64,000 nucleotides of DNA from Rhizaria sp. SCN 62-66. Its lineage: Eukaryota. The notes beneath the pieces were generated by a model. It saw only the letters and a list, made by a program, of their open reading frames with translations. It made no database searches and was not told the origin of the DNA. The position numbers were made by a program, and so were the translations under genes. The stretch spans positions 1 to 64,000 of the forward strand of contig MEDY01000024.1 in NCBI GenBank assembly GCA_001724265.1, in the 5' to 3' direction. Positions 61,112-64,000 of the stretch are shown here, piece after piece (positions within the stretch are counted from its first letter, which is position 1; each line of letters starts with the position of its first letter).

Positions 61112-62341
61112 GCCTACGTGAATAGAATTGGCACACGTGAGAAACGCCAAAGATCATACTTTAGTTGAGGCGATCCCGTCTTTTTGGAGAGAGCGAACTA
61201 CATATTAAAGATATCCACAATAGTATATTCTATTATTTAAATACAACAGTTTATTTTTTTGTTCGTTGTTGACTACAATTTCGAATTCTCGCGAATGTCG
61301 CTATCGATGGTCAGGAGCTAATACTTTACCGAAGCAACAGCTGCAGAGAGATGTATAGGAGCGGATGTCGTGATTGATCGTTGTTGTTATATTGTTAACG
61401 CGGTGTATTCAGATGCCGTTAATAATATAAAAAGTAGACAAAATTAAACAGACAGGCACACACAGAGTCATCTCCAACTCAGTCAGACAAACCTCCCTCC
61501 ACCAATGAAGTGACGGGGGTGACGACTTTGACACGTTTCAGTATTAAGTTTAAAAAGAAGCAAACTTTAAAAAAACAATGCGTTTGTTGATTTGTTGAGC
61601 ATTAATGAGGAAAAACTTTACTGACTTAATGACAAAGAATGACGACTCTAGATGTGGGTAGGAGTGAAAAAAGACCAGCATTTGAGTGTTTGGGTGTGGA
61701 GGGGAGAGCAAAGAGGGTGTGACTGGATGGGGGCAAGGAGAGAGGGAATAATGTAACAGAAATGACTCGTATCTGCAGCTGCGGGCGCCATCACACAACC
61801 CATGTTTGTGTGCAGATGTAGCATCGCTGCGCGAAAGCATAAGTTGTGCTAGATTACAGCAGATTGACAGAGAGCCCGTTTTAATCAAGAAAATGGGATT
61901 TTAAGTGTACAGAAACAATATACAACTAGAACAACAACACAACCAACACGGCAACAATAGTATAAATACTAAGGTTGTGCTTGAATGTGACTATGTCCTT
62001 GAGTCAACTGTTATTGTACATTTGGAGAGTTCACTGGCACTCGCACGTGCGCGCAAACTTGCTTTAAAACATGCTAACATCATTTGCTTGCCTGGTTTTT
62101 GAGTCCGCACTGACTTTGTAGAGCGCCAGCGTGTTCACTCAATCAGTGTCCACGCTAGAGCGACTGTTAGTGGTAGTGTTTTAACAGTGTTCGAGTCAGT
62201 TACATGTCGGGTTCGTTGTTGTAAAGAGTGAATCTTCATTTTCAGGAGTTTATAAAGTCGTGAAAGATGCACAACAAAGCAACGCGGGCAAGTGAATCAG
62301 CTGCTAAGCTACGTTGGCTAGCATATGCAAGAAGAACGGCG

Positions 62342-62437
62342 ATGTCCGGTAAGAAACAGAGGAAGAAACTAACAGTTTAGTCGTTCGTAAGTTTGTTGCC
62401 CCTTCCTCAGATTTTAGAGTTGTTTCTTACCGGACAT
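62342..62437 (-). other. Inverted repeat / RNA hairpin: perfect 17-bp outer stem plus 7-bp inner stem, starting at the stop codon of the zinc-ribbon gene
   Basis: ATGTCCGGTAAGAAACA (62342-62358) is the exact reverse complement of TGTTTCTTACCGGACAT (62421-62437). GAGGAAG (62359-62365) pairs with CTTCCTC (62402-62408). Confidence 0.85.
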
Positions 62438-62643
62438 TACTTTTTCCTGCAGTCAGCGCAGCGGACGTAGTCGGGGGAAGACGTGGGAATGGACACGTCA
62501 GGCGTGTGCGTGTTCGAGCACGACGGGCAGACCTCCTGCTTGACGCGGCGGCGCGACTTGGACACGGACGTCTCGGACGTGCTCGGGGCGTTAGCAGCGG
62601 CAACGCGGTTCTCGTACTCCTCACGGCTCTCACAGCAGCCCAT
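62437..62643 (-). CDS. Small (68 aa) putatively myristoylated/palmitoylated protein with CxxC...CxxC zinc ribbon
   Basis: GC-rich, codon-biased island. Starts MGCCES and contains CPSC and CADC. Preceded by an apparent 5'-UTR intron 62833-62647 (GTATGT...TTTTTTTAATCCAG) ending 3 nt before the ATG. Confidence 0.7.
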   Translation of the reverse strand: MGCCESREEYENRVAAANAPSTSETSVSKSRRRVKQEVCPSCSNTHTPDVSIPTSSPDYVRCADCRKK

Positions 62644-63236
62644 GTTCTGGATTAAAAAAAGGAAACGGTGCGCGAAGATAGAACAAAGGGTATTCCATGC
62701 GGTGGAAGATGACAGAGTGAGAAAATAATGCGTGGAAAGGCGGGGCAAGGCGGGGAAGAGATGAGGGGAGAGTGCGCTCCTTCGTCCCAACGCCTCCTCG
62801 CGGAGATTGAGAAACGAGAGACAAAACACATACGTCACGAAGTGTGAAATCAAAAATGTGTTGTTTTAGTACCACCACATCCGAGACATGGGTGAAACTG
62901 AGCAGAATACGTCTTGGCGCGGCGCCGTACTCGTCGCGAGAAACGTAACTTGTCTCCTCTGATCGCTGGCCTGTCTGGCGCCTACCTCTCGCTCGTCAAT
63001 CGGCAGAAGTTAAGCCGTGTTCTCCTTTTTAAAGTGTCATAAAAACCTCCCTAAACAACTCACTTCACTTGCGTAGTTTAACTATATCATAGATCGGATA
63101 ATTATAAAACAAAATATCTCTTTATTCATACCTCAAGTCATCACTATCCCTGCCAAAGCTCGCGCGACCGACTTTTCCCGCGCAAAATCTATCCACAAAA
63201 CAACTTTTGTTTCAATCACTCTGCACGTTCACGCGC

Positions 63237-64000
63237 TTAGTAAGAGCGGCCGTACATGATCCACTTGTCGACCTTGCCGCCGCACTTGATGCACGGGAAC
63301 TGGCAGGGGTCCTCGGCGGGCTGCTCGAAGGGGATGCAGAGACTCTTGGCGGCGCCAGTGAGGGGCTCCAGGCCGGGGGCGACACCCTCCTGCAGTAAAG
63401 AATGTACAGTAAGGCGAAACATGTGAGCGTATGAAACTAAAACTAAAAGATAACGTGAAAGTCACTAGAAAACATATTACAACATAGTACTTCCTTCATA
63501 TCACATCATCCTGAAGCAATATGTCAAGGAATGAAATATTCTTGATTTGATTCGTCTAGTTTCAGCGGATCACGTACCTGGTCGTCGTTGTTAGACTCGA
63601 GCGCGGCGAGCTTAACGGAGTCAATAGCGGACTGCTTCTTGACGTCCTGCTCGCACTGCGCAGTGCCGCAGTGGGGGATGACGGCGAGGCAGCGCTCGGC
63701 CAGCACCTTCATGAACTCGTCCCAAGTCTTGGCCGTCTTGATCGAGCCCAGGTGGGTGGTCTTGGCCCGCTCGTACATCTCAGTCTGGATCTTGGCCAGG
63801 AGCGCAGGCACGGTGGTGGCGAGGTCGGCCCACGCCACGGTGGTCTTCTCGCCAGTGTCGCGGCGGACGAGAACAACGACCTCGTTGGTCATGTCCTTGG
63901 GGCCCATCTCCATGCGCAGAGGCACGCCCTTGATCTCCCAGTGGTTGAACTTCCACCCGGGGTTGTAGTGCTCGGACGAGTCGAACTCGGTGCGGATGCC
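63237..64000 (-). CDS. proS: Prolyl-tRNA synthetase, eukaryote/archaeal type, 3' part (5' end outside window)
   Basis: Exons >64000-63578 and 63389-63237, intron GTACGT...CTGCAG. Anticodon-binding domain YNPGWKFNHWEIKGVPLRMEMGPKD and LVRRDTGEK; C-terminal domain AKSLCIPFEQP...CIKCG...YGRSY. Confidence 0.96.

Noticed and set aside
61550-61888. 112-aa minus-strand ORF with a pyrimidine-rich leader
   Set aside because: AT-rich, no codon bias; more likely 3'-UTR or intergenic sequence.

Overview
Gene-dense eukaryotic nuclear DNA, probably from a protist (lineage not assignable from this window). Exons are GC-rich, introns and intergenic spacers are mostly short and AT-richer, and introns are GT-AG with mostly GTACG donors. 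I reconstructed 14 protein-coding genes by hand: FAN/NSMAF-like BEACH-WD40 protein, complex I subunits NDUFA2 and NDUFA9 (head-to-head), GNL1-like GTPase, an ADAM/ADAMTS-hybrid metalloprotease, an Angel/CCR4-family EEP enzyme, two giant low-complexity proteins (about 3,130 and 4,100 aa), pyruvate kinase, MPDU1-like and LicD/fukutin-family genes (head-to-head), a divergent topoisomerase VI B-like gene, a 68-aa acylated zinc-ribbon protein, and the 3' end of prolyl-tRNA synthetase. Three things stand out. (1) A single in-frame TAG followed by CAA CTT splits the protease prodomain from its catalytic part, while none of the 14 genes ends in TAG. (2) The TopoVIB homologue keeps H2TH and transducer domains but has lost its ATPase motifs. 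(3) A perfect 17-bp stem starts at a stop codon and covers a candidate splice donor. No tRNA, rRNA, CRISPR array or mobile element could be supported. All family calls come from motif recognition by eye, without database searches.
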